Shown piece by piece: positions 38,201 to 49,100 of a stretch of DNA of 64,000 bases (position 1 is its first letter; each line of letters begins with the position of its first letter). Source of the DNA: Lytechinus pictus (taxonomy: Eukaryota). The stretch is from contig NC_087251.1 in assembly GCF_037042905.1 (NCBI RefSeq), forward strand, positions 17,238,001 to 17,302,000. The letters run 5' to 3'. The position numbers and the translations under genes are program-made. Below the pieces are notes generated by a model, which saw nothing but the letters and a program-made list of their open reading frames with translations, did no database searches and was not told the DNA's origin.

Positions 38201-41200
38201 GCAGACTTTCGCGAATTTAAGATAGGAGAAGAAGTTCTTGTGAGAAATTACGGGCGAGGTAACCAATGGAAAGGTAGTCGAACGTAACGGTCCGGTATCC
38301 TATGTCGTAAATGTCAATGCCAATAGCTCGACGCTGAATTGGAAACGTCATGTTGACCTGCTGCGAAGTCGAATCTCGACTTCATCGACCTCGAATGACG
38401 ACAGCGGCCCGACACACGAAGATGATGACGTTATCATCCGTGATATTCGCGCCGATCGTGAAGACGATCACGATATTTGAGATTTATTAAGGAACTATTA
38501 TGGATTTTCGTAATTTTTGACGCAACAATAATTTTAATACGATCTTGTCTTGGATTATTAACTCACACATTTTTTGACCTTGTCAAAATTCCTGATTTAA
38601 TTGCCTAGTTCAGTGAAACAAAAAAGTATCATTGAATTTATTCTTCTTAAATCTAACTTCAGTTCCTGACTGACGTATATCATTTAATAATGTCTTATCA
38701 AAAGTTTCTCAAAGTAAAATTTGAATCTGGGAACTGATATCAAAGGAAATTGTTGAATTTCAATATATAGTTTCATGACCAGTTGAATATTTACTGGTAC
38801 AGTTATTGAGTTGCAAATTGAATTGGGAAGTTAAAAAGGTATGTTTAATCTAAGGGGGGAGAGATGTTATATATTGATAATGATGTCATACATGATGTCA
38901 TACCATGACTCACTGTTTCTTACTATTGTAGCTGCGCAGGCGCAATGCGGAATAAACTTGCTTTGGAATCATTTACCAAGAGTATCAGACGTGTGTTTAT
39001 TTATGTGCCTTAATTAATAATTATTGTTGATTAATTAGGAGTATATAACATTATCTTTTCAGGTTCATCAGTCGGCCAAATCATTGCCCAACCAATCTCG
39101 GGTATTCTCTCTGATTCCGACATCCTTGGTGGTTGGCAGTTCACCTTTTATATTTTTGGTGAGAAAAGCAATGTTTTAGTAATTCAATTAGTAAAGAGGA
39201 ACGGTGATTACAACTATCGTAGCTTACTTAGCAATAGCATGTAATTGTGAGAAAAAAATCGACATGCAGATACGGATTCAACCTCCTACTTTTTTCTTGT
39301 CAAAAATTGGAAAAACACCCCTTTACCGCCCTGCCTTGCAAAAACAATATAGATCCGCAAGTCAGAATTAAAAAACACTCAGCTCTTTTCGTCTGTATCT
39401 TTTTAGTTAGGGTTGTCTGAGCACGTACGAAACTATTTTCTATCTTTTACACAAAAAGGTGCATTTTACTAAACTTTAATTTGAATGGAATTTAAGCTCA
39501 TATACACCCTTCTTATTTATTGTATTCATGACAACACGTGGCGTATAGGTTCCATAGCAGTGCTTTGGTGTTTCTTATGGTTTGCTGTGGTCCATTCCTC
39601 GCCCATGACACACCCACGAATATCAGAAGAAGAGAAGAATTACATCATATCTGAACTCGGACTTGAAGATAAGGTATTGAAAGTGAACAAAAACTGCATA
39701 TAATCAGTCTATGTATCGATTTACAGAACAGATGAAACGTAATATAAAGAATAATATTTATTTTCAAAACAAGTAATTACAACTTGAGAAGTAATGAATG
39801 TGTTCATGTATCAGAACAAATTACTTGAGCCAACTGATGCGTACAAATTTTGCTTATACTCTATAGAGTCAAGATGATGGAAGCAGATTTCAATATAATT
39901 TCTGCATTTTTAATCTTCTATAACTTTAATCAAAGTGTTCAATACAAAGATGGGTTAAATGCCATTCTGAAAATTTTGAAAGAATTTAATATAGAAACTT
40001 ATGCCTCTCTCGAGAGGCATCTACAAGAAGATGCCTAATTTCCAAAATTGTCTACGCAAATGTAATGATAATTATCAATATATTTATCGCACATAAAATG
40101 TCGAATTAACTTGTGTATTCCTTTCTCCAGCCACCAAAGAAATATCCATGGAAGCGTTTTATTACGTCACTTCCTTTGTTGGCTGTGATTGGTGCAGACT
40201 TCGCTCTTATGTGGGTCCTCTACTCACTGACATCTAACCTGCCTATATTCTTAAAAGAAGCTCTCCGATTTGACATTTCTCAGGTATGGAAATACACACA
40301 CAAAAATTAATACCTATAGTAATAAAAAAAAACACCAGTAAACTTCCCCCTCTCCCCTCATAATTATGGTACCTGTGTGTTTTTTTTTCATTTTAGAGGT
40401 TACTTTGAAATATGAATATTGGGCCTTTATTCACTAACAACAAAACGGGGATTGAATAAAAGATAATCACCACCCCCAAGAAAACATCAAAGGAAAACAA
40501 GACGTGGAATATAAAGGTTAATCGGCGAGAAATAGGTCTACTTCTATTTTTTTCTTGCATGCAGGCAGGCTTTTTGTCATCAGTGCCACATATCGTCTTC
40601 TTTATCTTCATCATTGGTGGTGGAATATTCGCAGACTTCCTTCTCACTCACACCAACTTCAGCTTGACCACCGTAAGGAAATTGATGACAACATTGGGTA
40701 AGATCAGTTTGTTGAGTGTCCTAACTCAAGGAGCAAGTACCCCACCTCGAATATACTTGTTTCACAACGAAAAGAAAGAAGGCGCAATTAACGAGCTCCA
40801 TTTTAGTTGGGCGGAAAAGGACAAATGAAGGGGGGTGAAAGACAAAGAAATTTGAATAACCAAAGAAGTCGCAGCGGCCGAAAATTGGAAGTTGCAAGGT
40901 TGCAGCGCTTGCTCCCGGCGTCAGATTTTGGAAGGGGCACAATTATTACGTGATCATAATGCGCCCTCTTATGCTTGTGTCGCAACCACTGACAACGAAA
41001 TTTCTCACCCGGTATATAGGACAGATTTCCAAGATATACCACTGTTAATGGGTACAAATGCAGTACTTGATCTTAACAAGATTTCAAATCTGTATAACAT
41101 ATTTCGTTTTCATAAAAGTCGATAGTACCTGCCTAAGGGCGCAGATACGGTACAAGTCCATCCTTGAACAATTAAGTCGGGGTGGGTGAGGCAGATAATT

Positions 41201-43818
41201 TTCTTAAATAGCAAGAAAGGAAAAATATAAATAAAGACGTCGCGACGCCCTCAAACAACCAATTATCAAACAACATATTAGTTCCATCGAATGAGTTCTG
41301 ACTTCTGAGGATAAAAGCAAATCGTGAAAAAAGAAGAATTTTATCACTTTATCATAAGAAGAACTGGCGTTGGCTATACTTGTTTGATGTGGTGCTGGAT
41401 TTAAAAAAAAATTCTTATGAAATCACATTCATTTTTTGCTTGATTACTCTACTCGCTCACACATAGGCCTAACGATTCCAGTCTAAACGCTGATAAAAAT
41501 TTAAATTCAAACGTCTCCCTTGTATAAGGCCTATGAAGGCGGAGGAATACCCTGAAATGATAACTTTTTTTTTTTTCATCGTCAGGTATTTTACCATCGG
41601 GCATTTTCCTCGTCCTGGCGGGCTATGTAGGATGCAATGCAACTCTCGCCATCACATTCATTTCACTGGGGCTGGCCTGTACTGGTTTGGCTTACTCTGG
41701 ATCGAGTCTCACTATGATGGAGTTTGCCACGCCCTATGCAGGAATGGTTGTTGCTATATCCAACTCAATTGCAACATTCACTGGTTTTATTTCACCAGCG
41801 GTTGTTGCGGTCTACACAGAGAACCAGGTAGGTCTGCAGATTCGTGGAGTCAGAAGGCCAAGGGGGGGGGGGGGGGCGGTGGTCAAATAACGTATTTCGT
41901 GTTTCTTACCCCAAAAGCCCTCACGTTCCCTCTAACTTAATGATAAAGTAATAATACCCCTATTTCATTATTGAGAATAAATTGTCTCTCGTTTCGGTCG
42001 TCTTCCCCCACCCATTATCAAAGTGCTCTGACGTCGCCCCTGATAATATACGTGCATGAGCACTGACTTACAGATCATAGGCCTTGGGGCCATAGACCCC
42101 CAACAGTTTGGTTACACTTCGTAATTTCGAAGGTTCGTTAATCTGAAACACGTAAATTGCCCATAACCTGAAATGTATTATGATGTCCTTAAAAAAAAAA
42201 GAGTATTTAATTTCGAAAAAGGTTACATTTCATTTTGAAAAAAGGGTATTTTCCCTTTTGAAAAAAGTCCCTTTTTTCCTCCGGGAATTTTTTTCTGTTA
42301 AAAATGACTCCCTTATCCCAAAAGTTCCCTTATCTGGACATTGTGACCAACACAAAGTCCCCAACATTCTGATTTTTTCGCTCGATCAAGCAGCAATTGC
42401 TCAGAGAAAATCGAAATTAAGATGTTTGATTCAAGTTCTTAAAGGACAAGTCCACCCCAACAAAAAGTTGATTTGAATAAAAAGAGAAAAATCCCACAAA
42501 CATTACTCTGAAAATTTCATCAAAATCGGATGTAAAATAAGAAAGATATGACATTTCAAAGTTTCGCTTAGTTTCACAAAACAGTTATATGCACATCTTG
42601 TTCGGTATGCAAATGAGGAGACTGATGACGTCATCCACTCACTATTTCTTTTGTATTTTATTATATGAAATATTCAAATTTTCTCCTCATTGCCAAGTGA
42701 AACAATGATTAATTACTCCCTGAACATGTGGAATTAGCATTGTTTAATACTTTATGGTTCAATCAAGTTGGTCCTTATTGTCAAATCGGTAAAAAATGAA
42801 ATATTGTATAATTCAAACAATAAATAACAAAGGAAATAGTGAGTGGGACATCATCGTCTGTCTCATTTGCATGTCACTGAGTTGTGAATATCACTGTTTT
42901 GTGAAAAATAAGCAAAACTTAAAATGTCATAACTTTCTTATTTTACATCCGATTTTGATGAAATTTTCAGCGACATACTTTTTTGAGTTTTCTCTATTTA
43001 TTCAGATCAAAATTTTTCTGGAATGGACTTGACCTTTAATGCAATACATGCTTTGACCACACCATATACAAATATATCATCCTCCGATGAAACTATTACT
43101 GCATAATACCGTTTTTGTTCCTAGAATAAATTAAAATTTCATTTTCGGAAAAACGGACCTTATTTCATTTTGGGGGCTAACGAACCTTATTCGTTTTCGG
43201 ATTGACGAACCTTCGGAATTACACATGTTTCCCAAAAGTTTCATGATCAAGAAAAGAGTAGAAAATGGAATAAAGGGAAGGAAAAGGATGAACAATTATA
43301 TCATTTTCTGAATTGTATGTCCAAAAATCTATCATCAAAGCTCGATTTTTGTATTTTCAATTTTTTTGCTCGACCGCTTCGCTCGCTGGCAGCTTTTTGC
43401 TCTGTGTGCAATTTCTGGCCCCCATTCGCCACTGTGCATGGCATTTTCTATTTTACTAAGATTGCATGTATAACATGAAATATACAGTTTTTAAAAGATT
43501 TCATTTTTTCTCAATTTTTATTGCTTTGCCTGAAAGTGAAATCGTTGAATATGCCTGTCAAATTATTGCTTGTTTGGTACATTACAGGCCGATATAGCGG
43601 GATGGAGGTCATTTTTCTGGGTGACATTTTACATTGCTGTTGCAGCATGGTTTCTCTTCATGGTCTTTGGGACTTCAGAACTGCAATCATGGGCAAAATG
43701 TGATCAAGCAGAGAAACTTAACAGTGATCACCAAGAGACCAAGTATGGAGGAATAGTTGATACTGAGATAGCTTGTAAAACCGACAGAAATGTGTTGCTA
43801 CCCACTGACGACACCTGA
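26096..43818 (+). CDS. SLC17A5: SLC17-family (sialin-like) MFS organic anion transporter, 540 aa; join(26096-26201, 31303-31508, 32498-32740, 33749-33836, 39063-39158, 39549-39673, 40131-40283, 40565-40697, 41586-41827, 43588-43818)
   Basis: Ten GT-AG exons total 1623 nt in one open frame. Motifs ERKPLL, SCRY, RVNISVA, WDAHTQ, QVPAGVLA, WAPPADRSKL, HPRISEEEK, PW, YAG..SN match sialin/SLC17. Exact orthology (SLC17A5 versus an expanded paralog) is not established. Confidence 0.9.
27464..27990. mobile_element. piggyBac-like MITE fragment (one end only)
   Basis: TTAA|CCCTATC terminus; no matching right end found. Confidence 0.55.
29141..30698 (+). mobile_element. Non-autonomous hAT element nested in 26836-30954
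   Basis: TIR CAGTGGCGTA...TACGCCACTG; 8-bp TSD AGCATGAT/AGCAAGAT. Confidence 0.88.
31303..31508 (+). CDS. SLC17-like exon 2
   Basis: PPNTLISCRYILSYVGFLGLTCTFMNRVNISVAM...ENIR; ag/gt boundaries. Confidence 0.92.
31921..32230. mobile_element. Old foldback MITE
   Basis: Imperfect ~70-bp inverted repeats (CTACGCAGACGCTTTCTGGAAC / GTTCCAGAATGCATCTGCGTAG). Confidence 0.55.
32498..32740 (+). CDS. SLC17-like exon 3
   Basis: TGEFPWDAHTQEQILAAIYYG...LRILAGLSE|gt; 243 nt. Confidence 0.92.
33749..33836 (+). CDS. SLC17-like exon 4
   Basis: SGTYPCLYSMMSRWAPPADRSKLLAIIFA; 88 nt. Confidence 0.93.
34119..37290 (-). mobile_element. Decayed L2/Crack-type LINE (APE + RT), antisense in SLC17 intron 4
   Basis: GGGVAIFV, GVVYKPP, LGDFNYDL, TLIDNFF (APE); IIPVFKKGD, NYRTISLL, YINDI, LFADDSN, FLGLIIDEKLSWK (RT); (ATTGA)n tail at 34119-34140. 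Confidence 0.93.
37296..38499. repeat. Inverted duplication of a Gypsy integrase C-terminal segment
   Basis: Arms 37296-38136 (including a MITE) and 38168-38499 around a 31-bp spacer. Confidence 0.9.
37528..37991. mobile_element. 464-bp MITE with TSD ATT
   Basis: GAGGCTGTTC...GAACAGCCTC with ATT on both sides; the empty site is preserved in the opposite arm near 38305-38316. Confidence 0.92.
38140..39050 (+). mobile_element. 3' remnant of a Ty3/Gypsy retrotransposon: integrase tail, PPT and 186-bp 3' LTR (38865-39050)
   Basis: FKIGEEVLVRNYGRGNQW(LP)GKVVERNGPVSYVV..WKRHVD; PPT AAGGGGGGAGAGA; LTR TGTTATATA...TATATAACA containing AATAAA. Confidence 0.85.
39063..39158 (+). CDS. SLC17-like exon 5
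   Basis: GSSVGQIIAQPISGILSDSDILGGWQFTFYIFG. Confidence 0.92.
39549..39673 (+). CDS. SLC17-like exon 6
   Basis: GSIAVLWCFLWFAVVHSSPMTHPRISEEEKNYIISELGLEDK. Confidence 0.93.
40131..40283 (+). CDS. SLC17-like exon 7
   Basis: PPKKYPWKRFITSLPLLAVIGADFALMWVLYSLTSNLPIFLKEALRFDISQ. Confidence 0.93.
40565..40697 (+). CDS. SLC17-like exon 8
   Basis: AGFLSSVPH...ADFLL...TTVRKLMTTLG; 133 nt. Confidence 0.93.
41586..41827 (+). CDS. SLC17-like exon 9
   Basis: GILPSGIFLVLAGYVGCN...EFATPYAGMVVAISNSIATFTGFISPAVVAVYTENQ. Confidence 0.93.
42443..43035. mobile_element. Kolobok-like MITE with TTAA TSD
   Basis: TTAA|AGGACAAGTCCA...TGGACTTGACCT|TTAA, with long internal inverted repeats. Confidence 0.88.
43588..43818 (+). 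CDS. SLC17-like exon 10 (terminal)
   Basis: ADIAGWRSFFWVTFYI...FGTSELQSWA...DRNVLLPTDDT*; AATAAA at 43830-43835. Confidence 0.92.
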   Translation, partial: ADIAGWRSFFWVTFYIAVAAWFLFMVFGTSELQSWAKCDQAEKLNSDHQETKYGGIVDTEIACKTDRNVLLPTDDT

Positions 43819-43903
43819 ATGATTTTCTGAATAAAAAATATATTTTGATTACAAGTTATTTGACAGAGAAGGTGAATTGAAACTCGTGTCTGTAGCAGTT
43901 TTA

Positions 43904-44123
43904 TACTCTCCAAAAACAGACAGTAAAAATTTACCTGATATTGGATAGAAAGGGAATATGCATGTTTTCTGGATAATTTTCCCCCAATATTGGGTAAAAT
44001 GTGTGTTAGAAGGGTAAATTTTAACGCAACATTGCGTAAAATTTACAAAAATTTTGTATCTTTTTACCCCAAAACATGCAAGTTCCCATTTTACCCAATA
44101 TTGGGTAAACTTTTTTTAGAGTG
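43904..44123. mobile_element. TA-flanked palindromic MITE
   Basis: TA|TACTCT...AGAGTG|TA with internal inverted repeats. Confidence 0.6.
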
Positions 44124-44416
44124 TATGCTTATATAATAATTATGAACTCCTATAAAGACCGGTACTTATTTAAGTGTTTTCGAAATGGATAAGAGCAGAG
44201 TTCATTTTTATTGGCAAACAGGAATCATGTCAATTATTTAAAGTGAATGTCCAATGGCTTTTTTCAGATTGTTTTCTGTATGAAAAGAGAAGCGTGAATT
44301 TGAGTCTCTGAACAGTAAAGTAAAAGCAATCACAAACTGGATTGTCTTTCTTTCTTTCCAGTTTGCGTAATGACGAAACTTGACAGCAATATTTCTGCAT
44401 ATAAAATTTTCCCCTA

Positions 44417-44612
44417 CACTCTTAAAATGTTGGGCAACATACTGTCCACACAACAGTTGTTTACAAAAATTATCTAACTCTGGGTGGTTTTCAACCAATA
44501 CTGTGTAGTTTTCACCCAAAGTACACATTATTGGTCTAAAACTACCCAGAATTGGATAAAGTTTTAACCAATTGCTGTGTGGATAGTATGTCGCCTAACA
44601 TTTTTAAGAGTG
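44417..44612. mobile_element. TA-flanked palindromic MITE with CACT termini
   Basis: TA|CACTCTTAAAATGTTGGGCAACATACT...AGTATGTCGCCTAACATTTTTAAGAGTG|TA. Confidence 0.85.
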
Positions 44613-45995
44613 TAATTTTCAGTTCCAAAATGACACAATTTTCTCTACATAAAGTTTGTTTACAATAAGAATGTCAATTATGTCATTTAAAAACGCCACT
44701 ATGAATGGTCCTATATATTACTGGGAGGGAGGGAGGGGGTTGGGGGTAAGATTGCTTGAAATGTTGAAGATTATGCTTTTAAGTGACGGAGTGAAGCAAG
44801 CAAGCTAATTCAGGCCAATCAGACAGTGTCCATTGTGTACGTTACTCCATACAGTCTTGACCGCTTCAATGTAATTGAAAAAAATGTATAATATAAAGAT
44901 TTTATCTTCATTAAACAGTGACACGAAATGTGCTCCCGCGACATTTGATCCGGTCTTGATATCCGAGGACAAAAAGTTAGAGATAGGATTGTAATAAAGT
45001 TTTTGAGTCGGAACAATATCACAGATTAGGATAGGGTATATTATTTTTAGTTGTGTAGGTTAGGTTTCATATTTGTCTTAACGTGCAAATTTTCCATCGG
45101 AGATATTGTCGCCGGGTTAAACATAATGGAACTCATGAAATACCCGGCCTTGATATTCTTTTTACAAAACTTGGCCAAAATAAAATAGTCATGCTATATC
45201 AGTAACAATGGAAATTGTTTTGTGTTACTGCGCGATTTTTTAAAATGTAAAGCTGTATATTTTTGCTTTATGAATTTCGAATCTGTTACTTCGAACATCG
45301 AACATTAAGACTTTCCGTGATAATAATTTTTGTTTATTTATTCGAGGAAACCTACAACAACCTGTCTTGTTTTCCAGTATTTCCCATTTCATGATCTTCA
45401 TGGTTGTTTTGTATAATTTGGTATAAGAAACGGAATAAATTCTTTATCAAACATTTGAAACAGTTTTGACTATTGTCATGATTGTAGTATGGGAAAAGTG
45501 ACTTAGTAATGTGATATCTATGTCGTTTGTATTTAAAGATTTTTTTCTGAACTATATCGTTTGCGAGAAGGGAGAGATAAAAGAATGAGAAGGAGAGAGA
45601 GAGAGAGAGAGGGGGTGGAGAGGGAGGGAAGGGAAGAGATCGAGAGCGAACAACGGAGAGGGAGAAGGGCCGGGGGATAGTTCCGTCGTGCATAAGCTTG
45701 CCCTCAATTTTATGTATACATACATGTAATTATATAATCTATTTTCATCAAGAAAAAAGTGGCATCGTTATAGCTCTCCGTTATCAAAGGCAAACTAACA
45801 AAGAAATAAAGCAATTCGATATGTTTATCGTTTCTATACATCTTTTATTGTACAATTACGTGATACTATGATACAAATTATATTTGCTGCCTGTATATTT
45901 ACAATGCAATGCAACGTTATAAAACAATCTAGATTGATAAATGAACCGAAAATAAACGTTTAAATTTGTGAATCGAAACATAAATTCTAGATATT

Positions 45996-46102
45996 TTATA
46001 CTTTAAGGTTATCTTTAAAGAAAGCCAAAGTTCGTTCCCACATGTCTCTCTGTGATCGTGCATGTGATGTCGACTCTCCTCCCCATGCTATTCGCAACCC
46101 AT
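45996..46102 (-). CDS. ACOT/BAAT-like exon 8 (terminal)
   Basis: DGLRIAWGGESTSHARSQRDMWERTLAFFKDNLKV*. Confidence 0.9.
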
Positions 46103-49100
46103 CTGGAACAAAAAATATTACACAATTTTGATATTTGCTACAGTATCAAAAGTAAACTTTATTATTACATTGCTACAATATATTCCACTTGGTCGGCAAC
46201 AACAAAAACAAACTAGACTTAGTGGTTAGTAAATCGCTTGGAGAAGTCGTTCAGATGTTTGAAGTTTGGATGATGACGATGAACATTTCATTATCAATTA
46301 TTATTATCATTATTATTATTATTATCATCATTATTATTTATCATTATTATTATCATTAATAATAATAATATTATTATTATATTTTATTATTATTATTCCT
46401 ACTATAATACTATTCTATTTCTATTATACTACTACTGTACTACTACTACTACTACTACAACTACTGCTACTACTACTACTACTACTACTACAACAACAAC
46501 AACAACAACAACTATACTACTACTACTACTAAAGATTGTATTCATCGTGTAATACTTCTGTTTCTTCATGAAATCAGCTTATGATACAAGGATTCATTCA
46601 TTATAAGCCCACCTGTCATGCTTGGCATATTCCCATACGATGAATGGACATGAGATACATAGGTAGGGTCAAGAAGATGACCAATGTCCGAATATTCAAT
46701 CACCTCCAACTGGTCACTCCTCCCAATATGACGTAACCGTGACTTCAGCTAAGAGCAAGACATAGAAAATTTCATCATTTAAAATCATCAAAAATCAGAC
46801 ACCTTGGTCGCCAACATTAATTTGTTATCTTCATGAAGATGTCAAGAGAGAGAGGGGGGGGGGGGGGCAAAGGGTCCCGCCCTTCACATCTTTTTATGAG
46901 GATATATGTGGAGTCATGTGTGTGAAACTGCTGTTACTTGAGGGCATTTCACATGATTAAGGGTTTATCATACAGTGATCTGTCACGGTTTTCTGATTCA
47001 TGATAACTTTTCACCCATAAAGATGTGTCTATTTCATTATTACAATTACACTGCATTCGGTAGAATAACTTGAGGGTACCTTACCTCATCCATACAGTAC
47101 TGCGATGGTAGATAAGGATTATCTCTGGCACTAAACATCATCAAAGGAATGGAGGTATTTTCAACCTGTATAAAAGTAAAGATGGAATTCTAAAAAAGTA
47201 CTGGAATGGTATATGTCGACTAAACAATGAAATCACGACTATTTATGTTAGATCACGGAATCATCGTTCACTAAATTGTAGGTTTAAACCATATTATGTG
47301 TTTATATTCAGTGTCATATGGTTATATGTATTTTCATGTGATACATAACAATATGATTCAACGAATTCTCTGATACCATTTCTTGCTCAATGCGCCATCG
47401 ATAAATATTTTCTTTTTACATTTTCCTCCTTTTCTTTTATTGTCATGCTTAACTTTACGTTTTTGCTATTTTGCATGGCCTCATTGTAAATCAGCCTAAC
47501 AGCTGAATATGGCTTTTACAGTGAATACATCCAATCAAATCTAATCTGCATGCTTGTAGATTTAATATCTTCTTCTTTCCCTCTTTATTGAAAAATCGAA
47601 AATGGAGATTTTTTTTCCCTTTCAGTCATTAATTCACCCCTATAATAGCCTTTACGTTGCCAGTGCTCCTTTTCTTACTTACTCCCTTTCTTTTTCTTTT
47701 TTGTTTATTTCTTTCTTTCTTTCTTTTTTTCTTTCTTTCTCTATCTCTTTCTTTCTCTTCCTTCATTCCTTCCTTCCTTCTTTCTTTTTTCTTTCTTTCA
47801 TCTTTCTATCTTTCCATAGATAACTATGAATAAATACAAATAAAGAGATAAAGCCATCATTTTGAGAAACGGAGAGAAACTTACCGGCACAAAACAATCT
47901 GGTGTTTTACTCAATATTGATTCGATCCTGAAAGGATCAAATTGAGAGCAGAGTTTGACTGATCCATTGGTTGGTTTATATGATTTAGCTCTCTCATAGT
48001 ACCTGCAAGCAAAAAAAAATTTTTTTAATGATTTTTCAAGTTTTTATTAAACTACTGTAACCATTTTCATTTGATTGATCATGCTGCTCCCTATTTCACA
48101 ACATTTGTAATGCCCTAGCCGAGCCAAACTTTGTGGATGTCGAGTTCGACACGAAGGGGTATTATACCCATGTTTAATTTACAGCCTCGTAACGGCCGGC
48201 CCGATCCCAGACCTACTTGCAGTGGCACCGCATTCTGTTAGTTCACAAACTGTAGGTAAACCACGCTACCGGTTCTGCGCGTATCAAGACATTCTCCTGC
48301 ACATGGGTCTCCTGCACTCCATCAACGGCCGATTAGCTCGATAGGAGGATTACCATATGTGCACAAGTAGGCTGTAAAACAGTATTTTAAAATATGCTTG
48401 AAATGTCCTGTTTTCAGGCCTTAATATCAACAGATTTCGAGCTCTTATTAATATTCAATTGATAAATAAGGTAACAGTTTCACGAATTCCTAATAATGAA
48501 ATTGTCTCTTTTTCAGAATGGAATATCGATATCGACAAGTTTCATCTCGCGATTAGATAGAGGAATAGGAAAAAATAGTCATTTTCATAGTGATGACAAA
48601 ATGTCCTTACAATTTCTCCGGGTGCTTGGTCTAAATAATAAATAAAAAAATCGACTCGCGCTCGCATCATTCAAGTACGATCCATATCCACTTCACAATT
48701 TTTTTATTAAACTACTGTAACCATTTTCATTTGATTGATCATGCTGCTCCCTATTTCACAACATTTGTAATGCCCTAGCCGAGCCAAACTTTGTGGATGT
48801 CGAGTTCGACACCCGCATTCCTCGGGTCATTACACTTCTTTCCATTTTGTTTTGTTTTGTTATAATAAGAAGCTCTTGATTTACAATTCAGAAAAACTTC
48901 GCTTAAAACACGATTTCATAAAGTTAAATTTGGTATCATAAAGCTTCATGTTTAGAAAAATATCATGTGTATTATGAGTTATTGTTTACAAATTATAAAT
49001 GTGTATTATGAGGTACTAAAACATAATGTTCTTACACTTGTTTATTTTTATTCTCAGTTATGATACCGAACGTAAAATATGTAATGATTTTGCTATATAT

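Noticed and set aside
46567..46612. ACOT-like protein ending by read-through (GGLIMNESLYHKLIS*)
   Set aside because: Splicing at ACAG|gtgggc to 46102 restores the conserved WGGE..HA..Q..W C-terminus.
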